Virus record (IMG/VR): IMGVR_UViG_2541047830_000013
DNA: 38,621 nt
Direction: 5' to 3' (one strand)
Source: a virus
Taxonomy: Duplodnaviria > Heunggongvirae > Uroviricota > Caudoviricetes
Both the position numbers and the translations under genes were made by a program. The number at the start of each line of letters is the position of its first letter. Positions within the stretch are counted from its first letter, which is position 1. Under the pieces are notes generated by a model. That model worked only from the letters and a program-made list of their open reading frames with translations, made no database searches and was not told the origin of the DNA. This document shows positions 8,980-18,284 of the stretch, piece by piece.

Positions 8980-9294
8980 ATGACGACACCAACCAGACGG
9001 ATAAGTTTCTATCTGAAGCCCGCCGCCGTCAAGAGTGAACAGGAGGCGTGCAATTACCTCGATAGCCTGCCAGCCTCCGAACGCAGCCGCGCGCAACGCG
9101 CGGCCTTTCTGGCTGGGCTAGCGCTCATAAAGCGCAACCCAGCATTTGCCTACTGGATGGCCGAATGGCCAGAGGACAACCTCCCCTTCAATACCGTTAG
9201 CATCAAGGAAACATACCAGGATAATCAGCCTAGCGGAGTTGAATGCAATTTTTATAAAATAAAAAAGAATATTCAGACCTTATTCCCAGAATAA
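8980..9294 (+). CDS. parR: ParR/StbB-like centromere-binding adaptor
   Basis: LDSLPASERSRAQRAAFLAGLAL resembles R1 ParR LDSIPQGERSRLNRAALTAGLAL as recalled; directly downstream of the ParM-like gene. Confidence 0.7.
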   Translation: MTTPTRRISFYLKPAAVKSEQEACNYLDSLPASERSRAQRAAFLAGLALIKRNPAFAYWMAEWPEDNLPFNTVSIKETYQDNQPSGVECNFYKIKKNIQTLFPE

Positions 9295-9342
9295 TCTGAT
9301 AATTGTATGTGAACTAATAAAATACAGACCAACACATCATTC

Positions 9343-9367
9343 TGGCACCCTTGCTAACAGGGTGCCA
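9343..9367. terminator. Hairpin between convergent parR-like and membrane-protein genes (8-bp stem tggcaccc / gggtgcca)
   Basis: Read directly; no strong U-tract, so terminator function is inferred from position. Confidence 0.35.
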
Positions 9368-9377
9368 ATGTTTCAAA

Positions 9378-10220
9378 TCATGATGAAATTGCCGAAGTTT
9401 TTTTATCGTGCTGAAGTACCGCAAATGCCATTAAAACCTCAAGAGAATAGCGGCGATAATACTTAACAAAACCATAATAAAATACTCGGGATGCAGCAAT
9501 ACAAAACAAGAGAAGAAAACAAAAAGGTAACAGTCTGATATTTATATCTATTAAAAAGGATAGAAGGAGCAGGAACATAAGCAACCAGACTGAAGCGAGA
9601 AAAACAAATGTAATGTTTCTACAAAAACCATACAAAGCAACATAGTTTTGCATTTTCACCTGATGATTTTTAGAATGTTCATACACATAATGATAAGCAA
9701 GGCGAAAAAGATCGCCCCTCAAGCCCTTACGTCGATATAGCGTAGATACAGAAAAAACATTTATATAACCATCTCGTATTTGCGGCCAAAAGACTTTAAT
9801 AAGTATAGAATGCAGTGTGGTTTTATGATGTTCTGCTTTATCAAAAGCTGATACAGGAAATAAAAAAACTCCACGAATAAAATTAACTATACTGAACTTA
9901 GTATTATGTCGTTTTATTTTCAGGGAGCTTCTTTTAGAAAACAGATAAATTGAAGGATACCCAAGTTTACTGTTCATGTATTTTTCAATTAAACAGGATG
10001 ATAGAATAGATATGAAGTGACCTGAAATATATGATAGAACGATTAATACCACATATATAAATACACTTATTATTTCTTTATATTTCAGGATATGGTTAAG
10101 AATACCTTCTATATAAACAGGGTTAATTTCAATAGAAAACAAAAAAAGGATAAACAGGAATAACCCACCTGGAATTAGATAGCCCAAAAAGTCATAAAAT
10201 GAAAACGGATTCTGTGTCAC
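9378..10220 (-). CDS. AT-rich multi-pass membrane protein (280 aa), function unknown
   Basis: At least 4-5 hydrophobic helices; strongly AT-rich relative to the phage backbone; GTG start with AGGGGGAA upstream; second gene of a minus-strand pair. Confidence 0.6.
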   Translation of the reverse strand: MTQNPFSFYDFLGYLIPGGLFLFILFLFSIEINPVYIEGILNHILKYKEIISVFIYVVLIVLSYISGHFISILSSCLIEKYMNSKLGYPSIYLFSKRSSLKIKRHNTKFSIVNFIRGVFLFPVSAFDKAEHHKTTLHSILIKVFWPQIRDGYINVFSVSTLYRRKGLRGDLFRLAYHYVYEHSKNHQVKMQNYVALYGFCRNITFVFLASVWLLMFLLLLSFLIDINIRLLPFCFLLLFCIAASRVFYYGFVKYYRRYSLEVLMAFAVLQHDKKTSAISS

Positions 10221-10429
10221 ACTTCCCCCTGTGTTACTTGTAAATTAAAGGGTAAAACATTATTTGTTTTTCCGTAAAGGATTAGCTTTCCATCTTCTTA
10301 CTAACCATTCGAATTCTTGATATGTAGTATCCGAATTAATGCTTTCTCTGATTGCTTTAATTAATGGCTCGGCAATATCATATGTCTCTACAACTGTTGT
10401 GTAAGATGTTCTTTTTATCATTTTTTCAT

Positions 10430-10438
10430 CATAAATAC
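10430..10438. repeat. Left copy of 9-bp target-site duplication cataaatac
   Basis: Identical to 11496-11504, immediately flanking the IS ends. Confidence 0.85.
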
Positions 10439-11495
10439 GGCTTTGTTGAATAAATCGAACTTTTGCTGAGTTGAAGGATCAGATCACGTATCTTCCCGAC
10501 AACGCAGACCGTTCCGTGGCAAAGCAAAAGTTCAAAATCACCAACTGGCCCACCTACAATAAAGCCCTCATCAACCGTGGCTCCATAACTTTCTGGCTGG
10601 ATGATGAAGCTATTCAGGCCTGGTATGAGTCAGCAACACCTTCTTCACGAGGCAGACCTCAGCGCTATTCTGACCTTGCCATCACTACTGTGCTGGTCAT
10701 TAAACGCGTATTCAGGCTGACCCTGCGGGCTGCGCAGGGCTTTATTGATTCCATTTTTTCTCTGATGAACGTTCCGCTACGCTGCCCGGATTACAGCTGT
10801 GTCAGCAGGCGGGCAAAGTCGGTTAATGTCAGTTTCAAAACGCCCACCCGGGGTGAAATCGCACACCTGGTAATTGATTCCACCGGGCTGAAGGTCTTCG
10901 GTGAAGGCGAGTGGAAAGTCAAAAAGCATGGCCAGGAACGCCGCCGTATCTGGCGTAAGCTGCATCTCGCCGTTGACAGTAAAACACATGAAATCATCTG
11001 CGCTGACCTGTCGCTGAACAACGTTACGGACTCAGAGGCCTTCCCCGGGTTAATCCGGCAAACCCACCGGAAAATCAGGTCAGCCGCCGCCGATGGCGCT
11101 TACGATACCCGGCTATGTCACGATGAACTGCGGCGTAAGAAAATCAGCGCGCTTATCCCTCCCCGAAAAGGTGCGGGTTACTGGCCCGGTGAATATGCAG
11201 ACCGTAACCGTGCAGTGGCTAATCAGCGAATGACCGGGAGTAATGCGCGGTGGAAATGGACAACAGATTACAATCGTCGCTCGATAGCGGAAACGGCGAT
11301 GTACCGGGTAAAACAGCTGTTCGGGGGTTCACTGACGCTGCGTGACTACGATGGTCAGGTTGCGGAGGCTATGGCCCTGGTACGAGCGCTGAACAAAATG
11401 ACGAAAGCAGATATGCCTGAAAGCGTGCGTATTGCCTGAAAACACAACCCGCTACGGGGGAGACTTACCCGAAATCTGATTTATTCAACAAAGCC
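10439..11495 (+). mobile_element. IS903 (IS5 family), complete 1057-bp copy
   Basis: Terminal inverted repeats ggctttgttgaataaatcg at 10439 and its reverse complement ending at 11495; 1057 bp; single transposase ORF; perfect 9-bp direct repeats on both sides. Confidence 0.9.
10516..11439 (+). CDS. IS903 transposase (307 aa from GTG)
   Basis: Sequence recalled as IS903/IS102-type transposase; track ORF begins at TTG 10471, likely GTG 10516. Confidence 0.85.
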   Translation: MAKQKFKITNWPTYNKALINRGSITFWLDDEAIQAWYESATPSSRGRPQRYSDLAITTVLVIKRVFRLTLRAAQGFIDSIFSLMNVPLRCPDYSCVSRRAKSVNVSFKTPTRGEIAHLVIDSTGLKVFGEGEWKVKKHGQERRRIWRKLHLAVDSKTHEIICADLSLNNVTDSEAFPGLIRQTHRKIRSAAADGAYDTRLCHDELRRKKISALIPPRKGAGYWPGEYADRNRAVANQRMTGSNARWKWTTDYNRRSIAETAMYRVKQLFGGSLTLRDYDGQVAEAMALVRALNKMTKADMPESVRIA

Positions 11496-11504
11496 CATAA
11501 ATAC
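11496..11504. repeat. Right copy of 9-bp target-site duplication cataaatac
   Basis: Identical to 10430-10438. Confidence 0.85.
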
Positions 11505-11837
11505 CTTCACGAATACTTACAGCAACTCGCTCGTAAAAATTTAAAATATATTGAAATTTTCGACGCTCGGCCATTTCTTCATCTGTTATTATGCAACCAT
11601 CACAAGGAAAAACATAAGAACGAAATGATTTGCCTGAACGATGCACTTGTTTCAGGGTATGCAATGACTCTATATATTGCATATCTTGCCGACTCTCAAA
11701 AAGAAAGTTGGCCGTTTGAGTTTTTTTTGCGGTACGCACATTGTAGATAATGGTTCCAATGGCAACCAAAACGCCAAGCAGAACAATAGCATTGCTGATG
11801 ATTTGTAGTGTTATTGGGTTCATCCTATTTCATCCAT

Positions 11838-11864
11838 AAAAAAGGCGGGGAGCAAATCCCCGCC
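11838..11864 (-). terminator. GC-rich hairpin with U-run on the minus strand (ggcgggga-gcaaa-tccccgcc); possible cos-proximal element
   Basis: Stem 11844-11851 / 11857-11864 with a T6 run on the minus strand; minus-strand core GAGGCGGGGA matches part of the P2 cohesive-end sequence as I recall it. Confidence 0.4.
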
Positions 11865-12020
11865 TCATTAGAGGTCAACGTAGCTTAGAAACCATCAAAT
11901 TCATCATACATTTTTTTCATATCAACCCCCTCATAGAAATCATAACCACGTTTTGTGGTTTTTGTGACGTATAAACTACATCAAAGGCAAGCCACGGTCA
12001 AATATATAGGCATGCTTACC

Positions 12021-12050
12021 TGCACAAAAGTGCACAAATTTGCACAATTT
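12021..12050. repeat. Three TGCACAA direct repeats at exact 10-bp phase
   Basis: tgcacaaaag / tgcacaaatt / tgcacaattt at 12021, 12031 and 12041; a fourth TGCACAA at 12113 and a GGATCCGT doublet at 12091/12102; non-coding region between cargo and portal. Confidence 0.4.
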
Positions 12051-12420
12051 TTTTGAACGACTTTTTACCCTTCCGGCCCGCATGGCGGCTGGATCCGTCA
12101 AGGATCCGTGTGTGCACAAAAAAACGCGCTTTTTCTGCGCGCAGGTGACGGGGGAACAGCCCGCGTTTCAGGGGGTAAATAGCATTCCCTGAACGATGTC
12201 GCAGCGACACAACAGAATGGCTGTATTTCTCACACTGAGCGTGAAAAAGACGTGGGGGTTTTTGATTTGATGGGGTGACAGATAAGGCTGTCAAAATCGC
12301 ACTGAGGCGGCGAGAACATGCAGTCAACGCGGTGGGATTGCGTAAGAGCCTGACCGTCGATGATGGCGATAAGCTGGAAGACGTCGTGAAATTATCTGAT
12401 TGATACAGGAGCTGGAGAGT

Positions 12421-12445
12421 CGGGGCATAAATTTTTTATGCCCCG
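12421..12445 (-). terminator. Hairpin just 3' of the portal gene (cggggcat-aaatttttt-atgccccg)
   Basis: 8-bp perfect stem 27 nt beyond the Q stop; no clean U-tract. Confidence 0.3.
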
Positions 12446-12471
12446 GCGAAGCAGCAGACAAGCGAAGCGCG

Positions 12472-13518
12472 TCAGGATGTGGGCTGGGTGTCCAGCAGTG
12501 CGTAAGGGTTAAAGCGGATCACCTCTTCGCCAAGCCAGTCATTGATATGCTTCATGGCCTCCATGACGGGCATCAGCTCGTTAATTGCGTAAACCCGCGC
12601 GGCCTTCTCCACATCACCAAACGCACTTTTTTCGCCCGGCATCGCCCCCATCAGTTGCGGCGGAACGCGGTGCGCGGCCAGCACATCATCACGGGATGCC
12701 GCCTTAACATTCATAAACTCATCCTTTGCGGTGATCTGCTGGAACGGCAAAATTTGCACACCTTCTTTGCCCCCATTGGGCGCATGAATGAGCACGTTTT
12801 TAAATGCACCACCACCACGCGCACCCTGTAACGTTTCTTTCAGGGAGTCCATGCTTTCGCGGTTTACCTGCGCTGCACCGATGTAGATGATGCACCCGGC
12901 GTGGGATCCGTTGTCGTAGTACAGTTTTCTGAACATGTCCGCCGAATGAGACAGGCTGGCCGAGAGTAATGCGCCAAGATATTCCGGCATGCCGTAGATT
13001 TCCTGGTTAATATCCGGATTCATCAGGTGGCACACTTTGCCAGGGCGAAACTGAAACGCCTCCTTGCCATCCTGCACATACCACCATGATTCAAGATCGC
13101 TTCCGCGTCGCATGTATTTCGCCAGGGCGTGCCGTAATTTAAGCGGTTCGCCGAGCATATTGCTTCGAAGCTCAAGGAATGCGTTACCGAACACAAACCA
13201 GTCCAGCGCCAGCGCCGAGAAATCCTGCCGGGAAAGCAGCGGATGCGGAATATAGCAGCCGAGCAATACATTACGCTTAAAGTAAAGCGCAGACTGATGC
13301 CAGGACGTTTGCCGGGCAGCTCTTGCCAGACCGTACCAGTCCACCGGAGTTTCATACCATCGCCCGTTATCAGCACAGTACATATTGTCCAGCAGGTCAT
13401 GCCCGGTCAGGCGGTAAGGACCATCAAATGTGAATGCACTGAGCGACGATTCTTTCCTGAGCGCATCAGCGAGATCAATGCGTGAACTCATGCGCACTTT
13501 TTTATTTTTTCTGCTCAT
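12472..13518 (-). CDS. Q: Portal protein (P2 gpQ-like)
   Basis: 348 aa, size and position match P2 Q; ATGA overlap with the upstream terminase gene. Confidence 0.9.
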   Translation of the reverse strand: MSRKNKKVRMSSRIDLADALRKESSLSAFTFDGPYRLTGHDLLDNMYCADNGRWYETPVDWYGLARAARQTSWHQSALYFKRNVLLGCYIPHPLLSRQDFSALALDWFVFGNAFLELRSNMLGEPLKLRHALAKYMRRGSDLESWWYVQDGKEAFQFRPGKVCHLMNPDINQEIYGMPEYLGALLSASLSHSADMFRKLYYDNGSHAGCIIYIGAAQVNRESMDSLKETLQGARGGGAFKNVLIHAPNGGKEGVQILPFQQITAKDEFMNVKAASRDDVLAAHRVPPQLMGAMPGEKSAFGDVEKAARVYAINELMPVMEAMKHINDWLGEEVIRFNPYALLDTQPTS

Positions 13519-15269
13519 CAGAACTCCATAACCGTGAAACGCTCGTTTTCTCCTTCGCCGCCAATCGGTTCGTTAATGACAGCAAGCATGGTTGCCCACG
13601 CAAGGTCGCCGTGGCTGATCCCCCTCGCGCGGTCCGTTTCGTAAGTGATAAAGCCACCCGGTGTTTTCACCTTACGCACGGCGTTAAAGGCCGCGACCAG
13701 CTCGCGTTCGGCGCGATCGTATTCCCACCGCCCGGCACGCATTATTTGCAGCATTTTCAGTACCAGCGACCGTTTTGATGACAGCGTGAAGGTGTACGGA
13801 ATAGCAGCAGGGAAAAACCGTTTCACTATCTGATAAACAGCCTCCCCGTTCCCGCCCGTCACATCAATGCCGATGTGTTCCACGTTGTAGCGACACGTGA
13901 ACTCTTCAATGACTCTGGCCTGTTCTTCAAACTCCAGCCCCTGAACGCGTCGCGTCTCCACCGTTCGAAAACGGCCACCAGGAACAGCTGGAGGAACCAC
14001 CACGGACACCGCGCCACTGTCGCCGTTTCCACTGCTGCCGTTTGCGTCATACCCAATCCATACCGGACGATTCCCCATCGGGCGGGGAGCAAAAGGTTTC
14101 CAGTCTTTCCAGTCGTCGTATCCATCAACGCCGCAGCCAATCAGGATATTCAGGTTAAATGCCGATTCCCCTTCGCGGACAAACTCACACATATAGAGAT
14201 TGCGGAACTCGTCTTCGGTGTTTTCATCACGAATTTCATCAATATCGGTGTGTTTCCAGCCGTGATTAACCACATCTTCCAGCGTGACAATTTGCCGCCA
14301 CGTCCGGTCGGGGCAGATAAGCCCGTTATGCAGCGTTTTCCAGTCCACAGAAAAACGCTGGCGTTTATGCGCGGCCTTTTTCTCGTTCCAGCGGTCGCCG
14401 TTCCAGTAGACGTATGCCTCGTGCGTTTCGGTTGATGGCGTGGAGAAGTAGGTGCGTCGCAGCCCGCTGAGGGTTGCCATAGCGCCAGCCACCTTGCGCA
14501 GTTCAGCAAAGCGACTGACCCAGAAAAATTCATCAAAATAAAAATTGCCTGTGTAGGACTGTGCCGTCGCAGCAGAAGTACCGAGAAAATGCAGTTCTGC
14601 GCCGTTGGAGAGGATGATTTTATCGCCCCCTTTCAGCTCCACATCAACTTCAGATGCAGCCTTCTGAATAATGCTTTTAAACTGGAACGCCTGACGACGC
14701 GACGCAGACAAAAAAATCTGGTTACGCTGGTAAGGTTGCGCCACATTGTCACGCAGCGCCATCAGCAGTGCTTCCTGTGCAAAATACCAGGTCGCCCCAA
14801 TCTGTCGGGATTTCAGGATCATCCTGTTACGTATCCCGGCTTCCCTGCAAAGGGTCAGGGAGTCAAACCAGCCCCGCTGATGCCACTCCAGCCTGCTGAT
14901 GATTTTTTCCCGCAGTGCGGCAATCTGTTCCGGCGTGAAATGATTTTTGAGTTTTTTCGCCCGGCCTTTCTTTCCTGTGGCCGTCGCATCCGGCTGGCCA
15001 TCATGCAGTTTTTTAAGCTGCCGGGTCAGCAGGTCTATTTCCTTAAAGTCACCGCCTGTTTTATTCTGTTTTTCAGTAAGCTGGATGAGGCGCGCATCGA
15101 TGGACTGCGTGACACGCTGCACGGGTGGCGTTTCATCCCACTGGTCGCGTTTTTTCCACGCATAAATCGTGTTCGGGTTTATTCCCATCAGACGTGATAT
15201 TTCAGCGGGCGGATAACCCTGCCAGTAAAGTTGTCGCGCACGCTGGCGCACAAAAGCGTCCTGAATCAT
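13518..15269 (-). CDS. P: Terminase ATPase subunit (P2 gpP-like)
   Basis: 583 aa; divergently arranged from the capsid operon as in P2. Confidence 0.9.
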   Translation of the reverse strand: MIQDAFVRQRARQLYWQGYPPAEISRLMGINPNTIYAWKKRDQWDETPPVQRVTQSIDARLIQLTEKQNKTGGDFKEIDLLTRQLKKLHDGQPDATATGKKGRAKKLKNHFTPEQIAALREKIISRLEWHQRGWFDSLTLCREAGIRNRMILKSRQIGATWYFAQEALLMALRDNVAQPYQRNQIFLSASRRQAFQFKSIIQKAASEVDVELKGGDKIILSNGAELHFLGTSAATAQSYTGNFYFDEFFWVSRFAELRKVAGAMATLSGLRRTYFSTPSTETHEAYVYWNGDRWNEKKAAHKRQRFSVDWKTLHNGLICPDRTWRQIVTLEDVVNHGWKHTDIDEIRDENTEDEFRNLYMCEFVREGESAFNLNILIGCGVDGYDDWKDWKPFAPRPMGNRPVWIGYDANGSSGNGDSGAVSVVVPPAVPGGRFRTVETRRVQGLEFEEQARVIEEFTCRYNVEHIGIDVTGGNGEAVYQIVKRFFPAAIPYTFTLSSKRSLVLKMLQIMRAGRWEYDRAERELVAAFNAVRKVKTPGGFITYETDRARGISHGDLAWATMLAVINEPIGGEGENERFTVMEF

Positions 15270-15423
15270 TGCTCCCCCTGAGTAATTACAGGAAGATTAC
15301 CCGCGCGCGAAACCGTTCTCCTTAACCCCCTGTTCTGGCCATTTTCTTACAACAAAAGCCCTTTGTATCAGCCTGTTACGCTTTGCCATCATGACTGAAG
15401 AACCAGTCAGAGGGGCAAAAACT

Positions 15424-16260
15424 ATGGCTAATGAAAAAAAGACATCACGCAAAAAGTTTCGCGTGGCTGTCTCCGGATCAACTGTTGATGGCCGCGAAAT
15501 CAGTCCGGTGCATCTGCGTGAAGCTGCTGAGAACTTCGACCCGGATGTTTACGCTGCCCGCGTGAACGTTGAGCACTATCTCTCGCCATGCCCGTCAAGC
15601 GAATTTTCCGCAATGGGTGATGTCACCGCACTGAGTACGGAAGACATTACGGAAGGTCCGCTGGCCGGACGTACTGCGCTGTATGCAGAAATCGAACCGA
15701 CCGAGCGCATGAAGCAGCTTGTCGCTGACGGCAAGAAAATCTATTCCAGTATCGAACTGCACCCGCAGTTCTCCGTTAACGGGCGCGCCTATCTGGTCGG
15801 GCTGGCGATGACCGACACCCCGGCAAGTCTGGGCACTGAGCGCCTGAAATTCACGGCACAGCAACGTCAGGCGGTGATGACGTTCAACAGTGTCCAGGGT
15901 GAAGCACCGCTTATCTCCGAAGCCATCGAGTCTGAAATCATCGAAATGGCAGAACAACGCCAGGAAGAAGGCACCCAGTGGTTTAACCGCGTAATGGGGA
16001 TTATTGGCCGTGGCCGCAAAGCGGATGACGCCAGTTTTTCCCGCATTCAGGAAGCGGTGGAAGGCGTCGCAACGTCACAGGCCGACATTATCGACCGTTT
16101 TAATGCGCTGGAAACCCGCCATCAGCAGGACAGCCAGAAAATCACTTCACTGACCACAGAGCTGACAGCACTGAAGGAAAAACTGCGCACGCAGGACGGC
16201 GATCCGCAGAACCGGTTCACCGCAACGGGCGCAGCCTCCGATCAACTGGCTGACTTCTGA
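15424..16260 (+). CDS. O: Capsid scaffolding protein (P2 gpO-like)
   Basis: ATG 15424 with GAGGGG RBS (track start 15391 lacks one); LVGLAMTDTPASLGTE resembles P2 gpO. Confidence 0.85.
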   Translation: MANEKKTSRKKFRVAVSGSTVDGREISPVHLREAAENFDPDVYAARVNVEHYLSPCPSSEFSAMGDVTALSTEDITEGPLAGRTALYAEIEPTERMKQLVADGKKIYSSIELHPQFSVNGRAYLVGLAMTDTPASLGTERLKFTAQQRQAVMTFNSVQGEAPLISEAIESEIIEMAEQRQEEGTQWFNRVMGIIGRGRKADDASFSRIQEAVEGVATSQADIIDRFNALETRHQQDSQKITSLTTELTALKEKLRTQDGDPQNRFTATGAASDQLADF

Positions 16261-16283
16261 TAAGACAAAGGAGCAAATTTTTT

Positions 16284-17336
16284 ATGAATCTGGTGATGTC
16301 AGATATTACCCGCAACAAGCTGGGTTGCTATATGGCGCAGCAGGCGTCGCTTAACAATATCCCGGTATCTGCACTGGTATCGCGATTTACCGTGGAACCC
16401 TCGGTGCAGCAGCGTTTTGAAAACGCAGTAAAGGAAAGCACCGAATTTACAAAAAAAATTAACGTGTTCGGTGTGACCGACCAGAAAGGCGAAAAAATCC
16501 TCCTGGATACCACCGGGCCGATTGCGCGCACGAATACCAGTTATGACGGCACAAAACGCCGTAACCCGAATAACGTGGTTGATCTGAAAAACCGCAAATA
16601 TCAGTGCGAACAGGTGAACTACGACACGTTTATTTCGTATCCGCAGCTTGATGCCTGGGCGGCACACCCTGATTTTCAGTCCCGCGTCAGCACACAGATT
16701 GCCCGGCAGGTGGCGCTTGACCGCATCATGATCGGTTTCAACGGCACGTCTCACGCAGATGAGTCCAACTTCAGCACTAACAAGCTGCTTCAGGACGTTA
16801 ACGTGGGATGGCTGGAGCACATCAGAACCGACGCCAGCGAGCGCGTAATGAATGACGTGACGCTGACCTCCCGCAACATGGACAACACCGTGGCGCACGC
16901 GGGTAAGTATGCGAACGCTGATGCTCTGGTACAGGACGCGCGCTCATCCCTGCTGGATGAATGGCACAAGGAAGCTGACGACCTCGTGGTGATTATGGGG
17001 CGCAACCTGTTTAACTCGCTGCGTCTGCCCGTGCTGAACAGCATCAGCGGCCAGAATCCCAATGCGGAATTACTTGCCGGACAGCTCATCCTGTCATCGC
17101 GTGCCATTGGCGGGCTGGATGTATTCCTTGCACCGTTCTTCCCGGATTCAACGATGCTTATCACCTCGTTCAACAACCTGTCAATTTACTGGCAGAAAGG
17201 AACAATGCGTCGCCTGATGAAAGACGAGCCGGAATACAACCGCATCGCCACCTACCAGTCCATCAATGACGCTTATGTCGTTGAAGACTATGGCAAGTGC
17301 GCGATGGTCACTGGCCTGAAGTTCGCCGACAGCTAA
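16284..17336 (+). CDS. N: Major capsid protein (P2 gpN-like)
   Basis: 350 aa; FTVEPSV, IMIGFNG and YVVEDY segments match P2 gpN as recalled; AAGGAG RBS. Confidence 0.9.
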   Translation: MNLVMSDITRNKLGCYMAQQASLNNIPVSALVSRFTVEPSVQQRFENAVKESTEFTKKINVFGVTDQKGEKILLDTTGPIARTNTSYDGTKRRNPNNVVDLKNRKYQCEQVNYDTFISYPQLDAWAAHPDFQSRVSTQIARQVALDRIMIGFNGTSHADESNFSTNKLLQDVNVGWLEHIRTDASERVMNDVTLTSRNMDNTVAHAGKYANADALVQDARSSLLDEWHKEADDLVVIMGRNLFNSLRLPVLNSISGQNPNAELLAGQLILSSRAIGGLDVFLAPFFPDSTMLITSFNNLSIYWQKGTMRRLMKDEPEYNRIATYQSINDAYVVEDYGKCAMVTGLKFADS

Positions 17337-17345
17337 TCAACTCAC

Positions 17346-17364
17346 GGCGGGCATCATGCCCGCC
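17346..17364 (+). other. GC-rich hairpin immediately after the major capsid gene (8-bp stem, 3-nt loop)
   Basis: ggcgggca-tca-tgcccgcc read directly; position typical of a post-capsid attenuator. Confidence 0.3.
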
Positions 17365-17381
17365 TGTAACGGAGAGAACAA

Positions 17382-18182
17382 ATGATTACTCCTGCACAGC
17401 AACACTGGCAGAACGTGATGGCACAGCGCGCAGGCCGGGCGAATGAAGGCGTGGACCACGCCGCGCGTACCGCGCATGAAGAGGTGCTGTATCGTCTGCG
17501 TCTGGCACAGGCCCGACTTAAGGGCGTACAGGCCAGAAGCGCCAAAGCCGCCATCAAAAAAGAGTTGTTGCCGGACTTTTCCGGCTGGATTGAAGGAACG
17601 CTGGAGGCTGACGGCGGGCAGCAGGATGAAGTGATTGCCACGCTGATGGTGTGGGCGATTGACTGCGGCGATCTTCCGCTGGCATTGCGTATTGGTGCGT
17701 ATGTGGTCCGTCACAACCTCATCATGCCGGATAACTTTGGCCGTACTGCTGCCACGGTACTGACCGAAGAAATCTGCAACCCGGTGCTGACGCAGGCCGG
17801 GACGGATGCCGACGCGGATTTGTCCGCCTTTATCGAACCACTGGACATCCTCCGGGAGATTGTCACAGACCAGGACATTCCGGACGAAGTGCGCGCCAAA
17901 TTATGCAAGGCGTGCGCCTTTGCCCGCCGTGGCCTGAGTGATGCGGACAGCATGGCCCTGTCACTGAAGCTGCTGCGCGAAGCAATGCACCTGAACCCGA
18001 ACGCAGGTGTGAAACGCGAGATTGCAACCCTTTCCCGCGCCCTGAAAAAAGCCGATTCCGCAGCCGCACCAGAAGACGCCAGCACACCGCAGGCGCAGGA
18101 CGAAAGCAGCAAAAGTAAAAAGACAACGCGGAAGCCTGCAACACGAAAAACCACCGCGACGCAGAAGGCGAAGCGCGGTTAA
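17382..18182 (+). CDS. M: Terminase small / endonuclease subunit (P2 gpM-like)
   Basis: 266 aa; basic C-terminal tail; DEVRAKL segment matches P2 gpM as recalled. Confidence 0.85.
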   Translation: MITPAQQHWQNVMAQRAGRANEGVDHAARTAHEEVLYRLRLAQARLKGVQARSAKAAIKKELLPDFSGWIEGTLEADGGQQDEVIATLMVWAIDCGDLPLALRIGAYVVRHNLIMPDNFGRTAATVLTEEICNPVLTQAGTDADADLSAFIEPLDILREIVTDQDIPDEVRAKLCKACAFARRGLSDADSMALSLKLLREAMHLNPNAGVKREIATLSRALKKADSAAAPEDASTPQAQDESSKSKKTTRKPATRKTTATQKAKRG

Positions 18183-18284
18183 CGACTGACCCCGTCAGCG
18201 GGCGGCGTGCGCGGTGTTCCGGTTTGACTCCGTGACCGTTTACACCGCGCACCCACCGCCCGATTTTTTTCAGGAGTGAACCCC

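Larger units (their letters stand above)
10260..11823 (-). pseudogene. Gene for a 165-aa N-terminally membrane-anchored protein, interrupted by IS903
   Basis: ORF 11485..11823 (112 aa) runs into the IS; after removing the IS and one target-duplication copy the frame continues 56 more codons to a TAA at 10262-10260. Confidence 0.7.

Noticed and set aside
12016-12831. ORFs 12016..12327 (-) and 12400..12831 (+) near the portal gene
   Set aside because: The first lies in the repeat-rich cos-proximal non-coding region with no RBS; the second is antisense to the portal gene.
15270-15423. Search for Ogr-type late-promoter dyads (TGT-N12-ACA) in the P/O and FI/D divergent regions (also 32522-32678)
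   Set aside because: Only dyads with non-canonical spacing were found (TGT-N15-ACA at 15331-15351; TGT-N20-ACA at 32535-32560), so I do not report late promoters as features.
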